This document shows, piece after piece, positions 12,234 to 21,717 of a stretch of 64,000 bases of DNA. The translations under genes and the position numbers were made by a program. The stretch is from an uncultured Chloroflexota bacterium (GTDB lineage: Bacteria; Chloroflexota; Limnocylindria; Limnocylindrales; CSP1-4). Positions within the stretch are counted from its first letter, which is position 1; the number at the start of each line of letters is the position of its first letter. Below the pieces are notes generated by a model. That model had not been told where the DNA came from. It was given only the letters and a program-made list of their open reading frames with translations, and ran no database searches. The DNA lies in contig CAMTVM010000004.1 of the NCBI GenBank assembly GCA_947085195.1, positions 1,624-65,623 on the forward strand, in the 5' to 3' direction.

Positions 12234-13406
12234 TCAGGCCACCGCGCCCGCGAGAGAGCGCAGTGCCGACAGCGTCTGGTCGATGTCGTCGGTGGTCGTG
12301 AACGCGCCCGGCGACAGGCGCACCGTGCCTCGCGGCCAGGTTCCGACCGTGCGGTGCGCAAGGGGCGCGCACTGGAGTCCCGCCCGGACAGCGATCCGGA
12401 ACGAGCTGTCGAGCGCCGCAGCGAGGTCGACTGGCTCCCAGCCCACGAGCGTGATCGAGGTCGTCGCGACCTGGCGTGCGGCATCGCCCGTGCCGTGGAC
12501 CGCCAGGCCGGGGATCGTGCGCAGGCCGTCGAGGAGCCGCGCGGTCAGCACCTGCTCGTGGGCACGGATCGCGGCGATGCCTCGCTCCGCGAGGTATGCC
12601 AGGGCGGCGCCCAGCCCGGCGATGCCGACCGTGTTGAGCGTGCCGACCTCGAGTGCCTCGGGCAGCTCCTCGGGCTGGCGGTCCTCCTCGGATCGGGTCC
12701 CGGTCCCACCCTGGCGGAGGGGACGCAGCCGGATGCCCGGTCCGACATACAGGCCGCCGGTTCCCGTCGGCCCCAGCAGGCCCTTGTGGCCCGGGAGCGC
12801 GACCAGGTCGAGTCCCAGCGCGGCGACGTCGAGGGGCAGGACACCCGCAGTCTGCGCGGCGTCGACGAGCACCAGCGCTCCATGGTCGTGCGCGAGCCGG
12901 GCCGCCTCGGCGATCGGGAGGATCGTGCCGGTGACGTTGCTCGCGTGGGTCAGGGCCACGAGACGGGCCGGCCCGGCACACAGCGCGCGCTCGAGGTCGC
13001 CGGGGTCGAGCGTGCCGTCCGGCGCGCACGGGACCCGCGTGACCAGGACGCCGGCGTCGCCCAGCGCGACCAGGGGCCTTGCCACGGCGTTGTGCTCGAC
13101 GCTGGTCGTGATGACCCTGTCCCCTGCCGCGAGCAGGCCCCACAGCGCCAGGTTCAGGGCGTCCGTCGCGTTGGCGGTGAAGACGACCCGAGACGGGTCG
13201 GGCGCCCCGAGGAGTGTCGCGAGACCGCGGCGAGTGGCCGTCACGACCGCCTGCGCCCCGAGTGCCAGTGCGTGGCCGGACCGGCCGGGGTTGCCCGCCG
13301 TGGTCGCCAGGAAGCCGCCCATCGCCTCGATCACGCCCGGGGCCTTGGGGAACGAGGTGGCGGCATTGTCGAGGTAGATCACGCGCCCGTCGTCAGGTTC
13401 CGACAT
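12234..13406 (-). CDS. cysteine desulfurase / class V aminotransferase (IscS/NifS/CsdA-like)
   Basis: Track ORF 12234..13469(-). IYLDNAATSFP near N-terminus; PLP-lysine context ALPGHKGLLGPTGTGG. Start at ATG 13406 (MSEPDDGRV), overlaps moeB stop by 14 nt; alternative GTG 13382. Confidence 0.8.
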   Translation of the reverse strand: MSEPDDGRVIYLDNAATSFPKAPGVIEAMGGFLATTAGNPGRSGHALALGAQAVVTATRRGLATLLGAPDPSRVVFTANATDALNLALWGLLAAGDRVITTSVEHNAVARPLVALGDAGVLVTRVPCAPDGTLDPGDLERALCAGPARLVALTHASNVTGTILPIAEAARLAHDHGALVLVDAAQTAGVLPLDVAALGLDLVALPGHKGLLGPTGTGGLYVGPGIRLRPLRQGGTGTRSEEDRQPEELPEALEVGTLNTVGIAGLGAALAYLAERGIAAIRAHEQVLTARLLDGLRTIPGLAVHGTGDAARQVATTSITLVGWEPVDLAAALDSSFRIAVRAGLQCAPLAHRTVGTWPRGTVRLSPGAFTTTDDIDQTLSALRSLAGAVA

Positions 13407-14433
13407 AGCGCGCGTACAGCGAGCGGGCGACCGCGACGTCGTCGGTGCCCTTGATGATCGCGCGGCCATCGGCGAACACGGTCATCTCGTGACCGTCGAC
13501 CACCGACCGGAGCAGGTAGTCGCTCGAGGTCACGGTCCCGGTGCCTGCGAGCTTGAGGGCCAGGACCCGGAGGTCGAGCCGAACGGCCCGACCCGGGCTC
13601 ACCTGGACGGCGTCGCGACCGCACAGCGTCGCCGTCCGGCTCGTGACCCTGGCCTCGAGATACTCGAAGCGGCGCTCGCCGCAGCACGGGCAGTCCGGTC
13701 GCCGGGGTACGCCCTCGGTGTGGAGGTGGTCGTTCGTCCACACGTCGAACGCGGTAACGCCGCGGCTGAGGTGCTCGCGGTCGCCGACGAGGAGCTTCAC
13801 TGTCTCGGTCCACTGCATCGCGGCGACGGTCACGACGGTCGACGCAAGCACGCCAGCGGTTTCGCAGGTCTCCATCGTGCCCGCCGGCTGGGGCGTCGGA
13901 AACAGGCACCGGAAGCACGCCGTGTCGCCGGGCAGAACCGTCATCGACATCCCGGTCGAGCCGACCGCGCCACCGTAGACCCAGGGAATGCCTGCTTTCA
14001 CGCAGGCGTCGTTGAGCAGGTAGCGCGTCTCGAGGTTGTCCGTGCCGTCGACCACGACGTCGGCCCGGGCGACCAGCGCCTCCACGTTGGCGGGGGTGAC
14101 ATCCGCGACGAGCGCCTCGACATCGACTCCGGCGTTGATCCGGCCGACGGCTTCGGCCGCCGCGACCGCCTTGGGCGACCCGGCCGCAGCGTCGGCCTCG
14201 TCGTACAACAGCTGGCGCTGGAGGTTGCTGAGTTCCACGAAGTCGCGGTCGACGACCACCAGGTGGCCCACCCCGGAACGTGCCAGCAGGTCAATCACCG
14301 AACAACCCAGGGCGCCACACCCGACCACGAGCACACGGCCCGCCGCGAGTCGCGCCTGTCCCTCGGTGCCGATGCCCCAGAACCGGGCCTGGCGCGAGTA
14401 GCGGTCCCCGGTCGCGGGGGTGCTGGGTGCCAC
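13393..14433 (-). CDS. moeB: ThiF/MoeB-family E1-like adenylyltransferase with CPCC zinc motif and 85-aa C-terminal extension of unknown fold
   Basis: Track ORF 13393..14628(-). DRYSRQARFWGIG... VLVVGCGALGC (Rossmann GxGxxG), DPDCPCCG. GTG start at 14433 inferred from family N-terminus. Confidence 0.75.
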   Translation of the reverse strand: MAPSTPATGDRYSRQARFWGIGTEGQARLAAGRVLVVGCGALGCSVIDLLARSGVGHLVVVDRDFVELSNLQRQLLYDEADAAAGSPKAVAAAEAVGRINAGVDVEALVADVTPANVEALVARADVVVDGTDNLETRYLLNDACVKAGIPWVYGGAVGSTGMSMTVLPGDTACFRCLFPTPQPAGTMETCETAGVLASTVVTVAAMQWTETVKLLVGDREHLSRGVTAFDVWTNDHLHTEGVPRRPDCPCCGERRFEYLEARVTSRTATLCGRDAVQVSPGRAVRLDLRVLALKLAGTGTVTSSDYLLRSVVDGHEMTVFADGRAIIKGTDDVAVARSLYARYVGT

Positions 14434-14708
14434 GTGGTGTCCTCTGCATCGATCGGGCGCACGACGCGTCCGCCTGGATCCGGCCCGTCGGCGGCTCGGA
14501 AGATCACACTCGCCGCGTGCCGAACCCGCCGGGTGCAGCACCGGGGACGCGCATCGGCTCGACGCCTCCCATTCCGCGGCACGACGCCCCGACCGGGTAG
14601 CGCCGTTCGGCCCGTTCCGCGCGGACATCCGGCCGGGGCAGCGCGGCCGCCCCGGTGTCCCGAGTCGTCGAGCACCGGAACGGGCGAGCGCAGCTCAACC
14701 GCTGCCGC

Positions 14709-14939
14709 TCACCCACCGCCGATCACCGGGAAGACCGCCAGGACGCTGCCGTCAGCGAGTCGGTCGTCAAACTCCACGTTGCGGCCGTTGACCATCATCA
14801 CCCCGACCTCGGGGCGCGGGATCTCGAGCTCGTCGACGATCTCGCCGACCGTCGGCGATTCCGGGTAGGCGCGCGTCTCGATGGCAAACCGGCCGCGCTG
14901 GAAGCTGGCGAACAGCTTGATCGTCAGCTGCACCGACAC
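14709..14939 (-). CDS. moaD: MoaD/ThiS-family sulfur-carrier protein ending in Gly-Gly
   Basis: In track ORF 14709..15056(-). VSVQLTIKLFASFQRGR...VLAVFPVIGGG; diglycine C-terminus, ~76 aa from GTG 14939. Confidence 0.7.
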   Translation of the reverse strand: MSVQLTIKLFASFQRGRFAIETRAYPESPTVGEIVDELEIPRPEVGVMMVNGRNVEFDDRLADGSVLAVFPVIGGG

Positions 14940-14967
14940 CTGCGCGTGGCCTCCGTCCCGGTCGCCG

Positions 14968-15504
14968 TCAGGCGGCGACACGTAGCAGGATCTCACGATC
15001 CAGGGCGATGCGCTCCAGGTCCGGATCCGGGCCCAGGATCCTGGCCGCCTCGTCATGGGCCAGCACGATCCCGCGGCGCAGGATCGAGGGGCCGACGCCC
15101 GGGATGATGAGGTTGAACAGCTTCACTCGGATGGTGGGGGCCGACTCTTCGTCGCGGCCACCCCCGTGGCCCTCGTGCCAGCTGACCTGGGCGCGCATCG
15201 CCGAGTAGTAGCTGGACCGGCGAAGCGTGGCCCCGACGAGCCCCGGCATCGCCGCCGAGAGCGTCAGGGTGGACCCGGGATGGAGCATGGCGCGGTCCAG
15301 GTCATCGACGACCATCGAGTCCACGAACACGGTCGCGATCACGTGGCGGACATAGTCGGGCTCGATCGCCAGGTCAACCGAGAGGAAGTCTGCGACCGAG
15401 CGCGGACCGGCGAGCGAGACGACGACGCCGCGCTGGAACAGCGCGCCCAGATCGCTCCAGCGCACGCGGTCGGCGGAGATGGTGAGGGTGACGGGATCGG
15501 TCAT
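14968..15504 (-). CDS. hypothetical protein (178 aa) between SHOCT-membrane gene and moaD
   Basis: C-terminal part of track ORF 14968..15888(-). MTDPVTLTISADRVRWSDLGALFQRGVVV... I recognise no family; upstream ORF part is Arg/Pro junk so start set at ATG 15504. Confidence 0.45.
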   Translation of the reverse strand: MTDPVTLTISADRVRWSDLGALFQRGVVVSLAGPRSVADFLSVDLAIEPDYVRHVIATVFVDSMVVDDLDRAMLHPGSTLTLSAAMPGLVGATLRRSSYYSAMRAQVSWHEGHGGGRDEESAPTIRVKLFNLIIPGVGPSILRRGIVLAHDEAARILGPDPDLERIALDREILLRVAA

Positions 15505-15748
15505 CGCCCGTGCATCATTCGCGAGGCCCACGCTCCGGGTCACGGGCCGGATGGACCGTCGCGTCGGGCAGGTGGCGCCGGGACGGCCGGACCGCCGTGC
15601 GGTGCGCGGACGCACCCGGGGCCGGCTCGACCGGCGGACGGCTGCCGGTCTCAACCGCCGCTGAGCACCAGGAACAGCCGTGAGCCCGCGATCACGCCCA
15701 GGATGATGGCAGCCACCATGATCACGGTCACGAGCGGGCGGGGAACCG

Positions 15749-16399
15749 TCACGAGCGCGCCTCCAGCTCGGCGATGATCGATGCCTTGGCGGTCTCGAAA
15801 TCCTCCGGTGTCGGCAGGCCACGGTCCCGCATGTCGGCCAGGCGCTCCAGCCGGTCGAGCAGTGCCTGCCCGCGCTGCGGCGGGCCACCCGGCGGCCGGG
15901 CCGTGGCCTGAGCCGGCGTGGCTCCAGCCGTGAAGCCGGCGCGCATCGCGACGGCCACGATTACGATCGGCGTGAGAGCCATCAGCTCGAACAGGATCCC
16001 CGGGATCAACCAGCCCCGGACGATCTCGTCCGCCTCGGGCGGCGGGTTGATGATCCCGTGATCGAGGAAGTTCCAGCCGAGGGCCCCGAACAGGCCTGAC
16101 CACCCGACGAGGACCGCGGCGATGGCCCACCGAGCGCCCACGCGGCTGCCGCAGGCCATCGCGATCCCGCCGAACAGGACCACGCCGAAGATGCCGAGCA
16201 TCATCGCCGGAGCCGTGCCGTCCGGACACGACTGCGCCGAGACGAAAGGCCCACCGTCCACACAGAATCCGCCGACGTCCATGACCGCCCGCATCGCGTG
16301 GAACACCAGGGTGACGCACATGGTCAGCCCGCCGAGTCCGATCGCCAATCCCAGGACCGCGCCCAATCCCGGGTCCGGCCGCCGTGCCCCGAAGCCCAT
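15749..16399 (-). CDS. membrane protein with C-terminal SHOCT domain
   Basis: Track ORF 15749..16441(-). Several hydrophobic segments; C-terminal LLDRLERLADMRDRGLPTPEDFETAKASIIAEL is a typical SHOCT helix pair. Confidence 0.55.
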   Translation of the reverse strand: MGFGARRPDPGLGAVLGLAIGLGGLTMCVTLVFHAMRAVMDVGGFCVDGGPFVSAQSCPDGTAPAMMLGIFGVVLFGGIAMACGSRVGARWAIAAVLVGWSGLFGALGWNFLDHGIINPPPEADEIVRGWLIPGILFELMALTPIVIVAVAMRAGFTAGATPAQATARPPGGPPQRGQALLDRLERLADMRDRGLPTPEDFETAKASIIAELEARS

Positions 16400-16450
16400 G
16401 GCCACCCTCCTGCCCTCGCCGGCCGGGTGGCCGGATGTCACAGGCGCAGG

Positions 16451-17862
16451 CTACGGCCGGACGGCCTCCATGCGATCGAGGATCAGGCGCTTGACGCCCT
16501 CGAGCGGCACCCGTTCCTGGGTCATCGAGTCGCGGTCGCGGACCGTGACCGCGCCGTCGTCGAGCGAGTCCACGTCAACCGTGACGCACCACGGCGTGCC
16601 GATCTCGTCCTGGCGCCGGTAGAGCTTGCCGATGGCGGCCGTGTCGTCGTAGACGGCCATCATGTCGCGCTTGAGGTCGCCCAGGAGACGGTGGCATATG
16701 TCCACGATCTCGGGGCGCTTCTTGAGCAGCGGCAGGACGGCCACCTTGTACGGTGCGATGTCCGGGTGCAACCCCAGGACCACGCGCGTCTCGCCGCGGA
16801 CCTCCTCCTCCCGATAGGCGTCGATGAGGAACGTGAACGCCGCACGGTCCGCGCCCGCCGCGGTCTCCACGACCCACGGGATGAAGTGCTCGCCGGACGC
16901 CTGGTCGAAGTACTCGAGGTTCTCGCCGGACGCCTTCGCGTGGTTGCCCAGGTCGAAGTCGCCGCGGTTGTGGATGCCTTCGAGCTCCTTCCAGCCGAAC
17001 GGGAAGCGGTACTCGACGTCGATCGCCTTCTTCGCGTAGTGCGCCAGCTCGTCGGGGGCGTGCTCTCGGAACCGGAGGCGGGCCGGGGTCACGCCGTAGG
17101 CCTCGTACCACGCCTTCCGCCTGGGCAGCCACTCCTCGAAGGCCTGCGAGGCGGCCTCACCGGGGCGCACGAAGTACTGCATCTCCATCTGCTCGAACTC
17201 CCGCATCCGGAACACGAAGTTGCCGGGCGAGATCTCGTTGCGGAACGACTTGCCGATCTGGGCGATGCCGAACGGGATCTTCCTGCGCGAGCTCTGCTGG
17301 ACGTTCTTGAAGTTGACGTAGCTGCCCTGCGCGGTTTCCGGGCGGAAGTAGACGATCGAGCCGTCGTCCTCGACGGGTCCCATGTGGGACGTGAACATGA
17401 GGTTGAACCGGCGCGGCGCCGACAGCGGCCCCGCGTCATTGGGGCAGACCAGGCCGAGGCGCCCGACGATCGTGTCGTCACGCAGGTCGGTCGCCGAGAG
17501 ATCCTCAGCGCCCGGCAGCTCGTCCAGGCGGAACCGGCGGCGGCAGGTCGCGCACTCCACGAGCGGGTCGCTGAACGAGCCGACGTGCCCCGACGTGATC
17601 CAGACCTGGGGGTGCATCAGGATCCCGGCGTCCAGGCCCACGATGTCGTTGCGGTCCTGGACCATCGCCCGCCACCAGGCGCGCTTGACGTTGTTCTTGA
17701 GCTCCACGCCCAGGGGTCCGTAGTCCCAGACGGCGTTGATTCCGCCGTAGATCTCCGATGACGGGAAGATGAAGCCGCGGCGCTTGGACAGGCTGACGAT
17801 GGTCTCGAGGTTCGCGACGGCGGGCGCGACGTCGCCCGGATCGAGGGATTCGGCGGTCACGG
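16451..17862 (-). CDS. glyQS: glycine--tRNA ligase (dimeric class II GlyRS)
   Basis: C-terminal 470 aa of track ORF 16451..18658(-). [11 protein letters not shown]...FRNEISPG...GADRAAFT match GlyRS. GTG start at 17862 with GGAGA upstream; earlier part is antisense junk. Confidence 0.9.
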
Positions 17863-18027
17863 GGTGGAGTCTCCGCTGATACGCGACCGTGGCATGGCCG
17901 CGCGGGACCCCGATCCTACCAGAGCCGCTGACGGCCCCCCAGGGAAGCGAGTCCGCGTGGAGTCGGCGACGCGCAGGGTCCGGCGGCCGCTGCCGCGCTG
18001 ACGTCGGGATCGCGCGCACCCTCCCGC

Positions 18028-18825
18028 TCATCGGCCGGTCTGGAACCGGTAGCCGAGCCCGTACTCGGTCGTGATGAACGTGCGACCCGGCGTCGCCGCG
18101 GCCAGCTTGGTCCGCAGGTTGCGCATGGTCACCCTCAGGAGCTGGATCTCGTCGCCGTATGTCGGCCCCCAGACCATGCGCAGCAGCTCGCCGTGCGTCA
18201 TGAGCTCGTCGGCGCGGCGGGCGAGGGACACGAGAAGCCGGAACTCGGTCGGGGTCAGGTGGACCTCCTGGGCGGAGCCCATCACCCGGTGGCCGCGCAG
18301 CTCGATCCGCAGCCCGGGATGCTCGATGACGTCGTCCGGGCGCGCCTCGTGCAGGTGGACCCGGCGGAACGCGGCCTGGATCCGTGCGACCAGCTCCGGG
18401 AAGCTCACGGGCTTCGTGAGGTAGTCGTCTGCGCCGGCGACGAGGCCGTGCACCACGTCCGACTCGGCGTCGAGCGCGGTGACCATGAGGATCGGTACGG
18501 TGCTCACGCTGCGGATCCACTCCGCGACCTGCCATCCGTCGAGGCCCGGGAGGTTGAGGTCGAGGAGCACGAGGTCCGGCTCCTCCTCCGCGAAGCGGCG
18601 CATGACCTCGTGGGCATCGCCCGCCAACGCGGTGCGCCAGCCGTGGCGATTGACCCACAGCTCGACGAGCTCCCGGAACTCGAGCTCGTCCTCGACGACG
18701 AGGACGAGCTCGCCGTTTCCCGGCACCGGGCGGGACGGGACGGGCGGCACGACGATCCGCCGGCCGTCCGGATGCCGCGTGCGTCCGGAATCGCCGTCGC
18801 CGCGCGATTCGCCGGACGCCGTCAC
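18028..18825 (-). CDS. OmpR/PhoB-family response regulator
   Basis: C-terminal 266 aa of track ORF 18028..19659(-). [14 protein letters not shown]...[12 protein letters not shown]...LTKP and winged-helix LTPTEFRLL...GYRF. GTGA overlap with kinase stop. Confidence 0.85.
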   Translation of the reverse strand: MTASGESRGDGDSGRTRHPDGRRIVVPPVPSRPVPGNGELVLVVEDELEFRELVELWVNRHGWRTALAGDAHEVMRRFAEEEPDLVLLDLNLPGLDGWQVAEWIRSVSTVPILMVTALDAESDVVHGLVAGADDYLTKPVSFPELVARIQAAFRRVHLHEARPDDVIEHPGLRIELRGHRVMGSAQEVHLTPTEFRLLVSLARRADELMTHGELLRMVWGPTYGDEIQLLRVTMRNLRTKLAAATPGRTFITTEYGLGYRFQTGR

Positions 18826-20492
18826 GACGCCTCCCCGAGCGCCTCGGGCGGAGCGGCCGGCAGGCTGAACGACACCGCGCTCCCGCCGCCCTCCGCCTCC
18901 ACCCAGATCCGCCCCCCGTGTGCCTCGATGAGGCGCCTGCAGACGTATAGCCCGAGGCCCGTCCCGGGCGTCCTGCCGTCCCGCGCGTTCCGGCCGCGGT
19001 AGAAGCGGTCGAACACGTGCGGCCGCTCCTCGGGCGGCACGCCCGGTCCGGTGTCGTGCACGGTGACGACGACGGCGCCCCGTTCGCCCCGCGCCGTCAC
19101 CGTGATCGGGCCGCCGTCGCCGTACTTGCGCGCGTTGTCCACGAGGTTCGCAAGGACGTGGCCGATCCGGAGCGGGTCGATCGCGACCGACGGCAGGTCC
19201 GGCGGGATGGCGACCCGGACCGGGCGCGCGCCGGGCGACTCCGCGAGGTCGTCGGCCAGCCGGGCGACGACCGACGGCAGGTGCACGACGGAGCGCTGGA
19301 GTAACGGGCCGGTGCTCTCGAAGCGAGTGAGCTCGAGCAGCTCGTCGACGAGCTCGGCCAGGCGCCCGGCCGCGTGGCCAATCCGCTCCACGGAGCGGCG
19401 CTGCGCATCCGCGTCCAGGTCGAGCGCGAGCAGGCTGTCCACGTAGCCGGAGATGAGCGCTAGCGGCGTCCGGAGCTCGTGGGAGACGGCGGCGAGGAAG
19501 CTCGCCCGGAGCTCCTCGACGGCGATCTCGGCGCGCGTGTCGCGCAGCACGACGACGGCGCCCCGCTCGGCGCCCGGCATGGCCGAGTACGACGCGGCGA
19601 CGGGGATCGCCGTGCCGTCGCGGCCGACCACGACGTGCTCGCACGCGATCGGCGCCCACGGGTGCTCCATCGCCTCCTCGAACCGGCAGCGCGGACCGCA
19701 GCGCAGCGAGCCACGGGCGGCGGTGCCCGGTCGCCCGTCCTCCCCTGGTTCGCCGGCGGTCGCGCCAGGCACGTCGTCAGGCGCGCAGCCGAGCACCTCG
19801 CGGCACGACCGGCTGGAGGGCACGACGGCCGTGCCGCCGAGCAGCGACATGGCGGCCCGGTTCACGCGCACGACCCGGCATCCCTCGTCCACCGCCACGA
19901 TCCCGTCGTTCGCGCCGTCGAGGATCGCCGCGAGCAGTGCCTGCTCCCCGGCCAGCGCGTGGCGGAGCTGGGCCGCCTGGAAGGCGATCGCCAGTTCGTG
20001 GCGTACCAGCGCGAGGAGCCGGACGCCCTCGGCCGGCAGGTCGTCGCCCGGCGGTGGCTGGAACGCGAGGTAGCCGACAAGCCGGCTGTCGAGGCTCCGC
20101 TCCCCGAGCCCGCGGCGCTCGTCGAGCGCGACGCCCCGCCACCCCGCGGCGCGGGTCCACGCGGCGGCGGTGTCCGCGCCGGCGAGCTCCTCCGGGAGCT
20201 GCGGGACGGCCTCGCCGGCCGGTTCACCGCCCGCGGGATCGTCTCCGACGACCGCGACGAGCCGCATCGAGCGCTCGCCGGTGGTGGACAGCCACAGGGC
20301 GCCCGCGGCCGCATCGGTCACCCGCACGAGCTCGGTCACCACCGAGGTGGCAAGCGCCCGCAGGTCCCCGCCGAGCGCGAGCAGCTGGCTCAGCTGGTAC
20401 TGCGCGAACACGGTATCCGCCTCGCGCTGCGCGTCGGCGAGGGGCGTGCGCCGGTCGCGGTCAGGACCGGCGACGCGATCTGCGGCCGTCAT
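18822..20492 (-). CDS. cytoplasmic sensor histidine kinase with GAF/PAS-like N-terminal region
   Basis: Track ORF 18822..20765(-). HisKA H-box [10 protein letters not shown], HATPase motifs [19 protein letters not shown]; no TM segments. Start at MTAADRV (ATG 20492) overlapping dhaL stop. Confidence 0.8.
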   Translation of the reverse strand: MTAADRVAGPDRDRRTPLADAQREADTVFAQYQLSQLLALGGDLRALATSVVTELVRVTDAAAGALWLSTTGERSMRLVAVVGDDPAGGEPAGEAVPQLPEELAGADTAAAWTRAAGWRGVALDERRGLGERSLDSRLVGYLAFQPPPGDDLPAEGVRLLALVRHELAIAFQAAQLRHALAGEQALLAAILDGANDGIVAVDEGCRVVRVNRAAMSLLGGTAVVPSSRSCREVLGCAPDDVPGATAGEPGEDGRPGTAARGSLRCGPRCRFEEAMEHPWAPIACEHVVVGRDGTAIPVAASYSAMPGAERGAVVVLRDTRAEIAVEELRASFLAAVSHELRTPLALISGYVDSLLALDLDADAQRRSVERIGHAAGRLAELVDELLELTRFESTGPLLQRSVVHLPSVVARLADDLAESPGARPVRVAIPPDLPSVAIDPLRIGHVLANLVDNARKYGDGGPITVTARGERGAVVVTVHDTGPGVPPEERPHVFDRFYRGRNARDGRTPGTGLGLYVCRRLIEAHGGRIWVEAEGGGSAVSFSLPAAPPEALGEAS

Positions 20493-21229
20493 GCGCGCCG
20501 CCGCGCTGCGGGCTCGAGCATCGCCCGGATGAGAAGGAAGCACGAGGTCGCTCCGGGGTCCTGGTGCCCGCGGGAGCGCTCGCCCAGGCGCAGCGCGAGG
20601 CCCCGTCGCGCGATCATCGGCGTCGTCGCCCGCATGCCCGCGCGCGCCGCCGCCGCGGCGCGCCGGAGCGCATACACGGCGTCGCGGCCATCCGCCACGG
20701 CAGAGGCATAGGCGTCCGCGGCCGGCCGCAGCGCGTCGAAGATCGTCTTGTCGCCGAGCCGGCACCGCCCGCGGCGGGCGACCCCATGCGCGGCGGCATC
20801 GAGCGCCCGGGCGATCCCGGCGAGCGTGACCACCGGCCCTTCCGGGATGGCGAGGCCCGCCTCGGTGAACGCGGTCCCGTACAGCGAGCCGCCCGCGCCC
20901 CCGACGTTGGCCACGACGAGCGAGCCCAGCCGCCGCAGGAGCTCCCCGACATCGTCAGCGGCCGCGTCCGGGCGCGCCGAACCGTCGGGCGCCGCAAGCG
21001 CACGCACGGCGTGCCCGAACCCGACGGTCATGTTCTCGCCGTGGTCGCCGTCCCCGAGCGCGGCGTCCAGCCGGTCCAGCAGCCGCCGGTGGCGGACCAG
21101 CAACCGCTCCGCGCGCGCGACGAAGGCCAGCACCTCGACCGCGGTGACGGCGCGCTCGGCGATGTCGTCGGTTACCCGCGGGCCGACGTCCTGCGCACGG
21201 TCGCGGTCCACGTCGATGCGCCTGCTCAT
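20489..21229 (-). CDS. dhaL: DhaL-domain protein (ADP-binding subunit of dihydroxyacetone kinase), paralog 1, first gene of dhaL-HK-RR operon
   Basis: C-terminal 247 aa of track ORF 20489..21889(-). LDAALGDGDHGENM ... [10 protein letters not shown]-like [16 protein letters not shown]. Confidence 0.8.
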   Translation of the reverse strand: MSRRIDVDRDRAQDVGPRVTDDIAERAVTAVEVLAFVARAERLLVRHRRLLDRLDAALGDGDHGENMTVGFGHAVRALAAPDGSARPDAAADDVGELLRRLGSLVVANVGGAGGSLYGTAFTEAGLAIPEGPVVTLAGIARALDAAAHGVARRGRCRLGDKTIFDALRPAADAYASAVADGRDAVYALRRAAAAARAGMRATTPMIARRGLALRLGERSRGHQDPGATSCFLLIRAMLEPAARRRA

Positions 21230-21312
21230 GGCCTCCGCTAGTGTATGGTGCGGGACCCCCGCCGTCGGCGGCGATCGCCCGGGGGCAGCCCGCAGCCAGG
21301 AGGGGCGCGCAG

Positions 21313-21717
21313 ATGGTGGGGCTTGTCCTCGTTGCGCACAGCGCCGAGCTCGTCCGCGGCCTTGCGGCGATGGTCCGCCAGGCGGCGCCTGCCGTGCCGG
21401 TCGAGGGCGCCGGCGGGCTGAGCCACGGGCGCCTGGGGACGAGCGCACCGGACGTGGCCGCGGCGCTCGCGCGCGCGCTCGCCGCTGGCGAGGACGGCGT
21501 GCTCGTGTTCCTCGATCTCGGCAGCGCTGGCATGGCGGTGGAGCTCGCGCTCGAGACCCTCGAGCCCGGCGACCGGAGGCGGATCCGCGTGACCGACGCG
21601 CCGATCGTCGAGGGCGCGGTGCACGCCGCGATCGCGGCCGCGGCGGGGGACGACCTCGACGCGGTCGTGGCCGCGGCGGACCTCGGCGGCCGCGCCCCGA
21701 AACGGCCCGCCGGCTGA
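21313..21717 (+). CDS. dhaM: DhaM-like phosphotransfer protein (EIIA-mannose-family domain only)
   Basis: In track ORF 21241..21717(+). MVGLVLVAHSAELVRGL...; AGGAGG SD before ATG 21313. Confidence 0.65.
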   Translation: MVGLVLVAHSAELVRGLAAMVRQAAPAVPVEGAGGLSHGRLGTSAPDVAAALARALAAGEDGVLVFLDLGSAGMAVELALETLEPGDRRRIRVTDAPIVEGAVHAAIAAAAGDDLDAVVAAADLGGRAPKRPAG

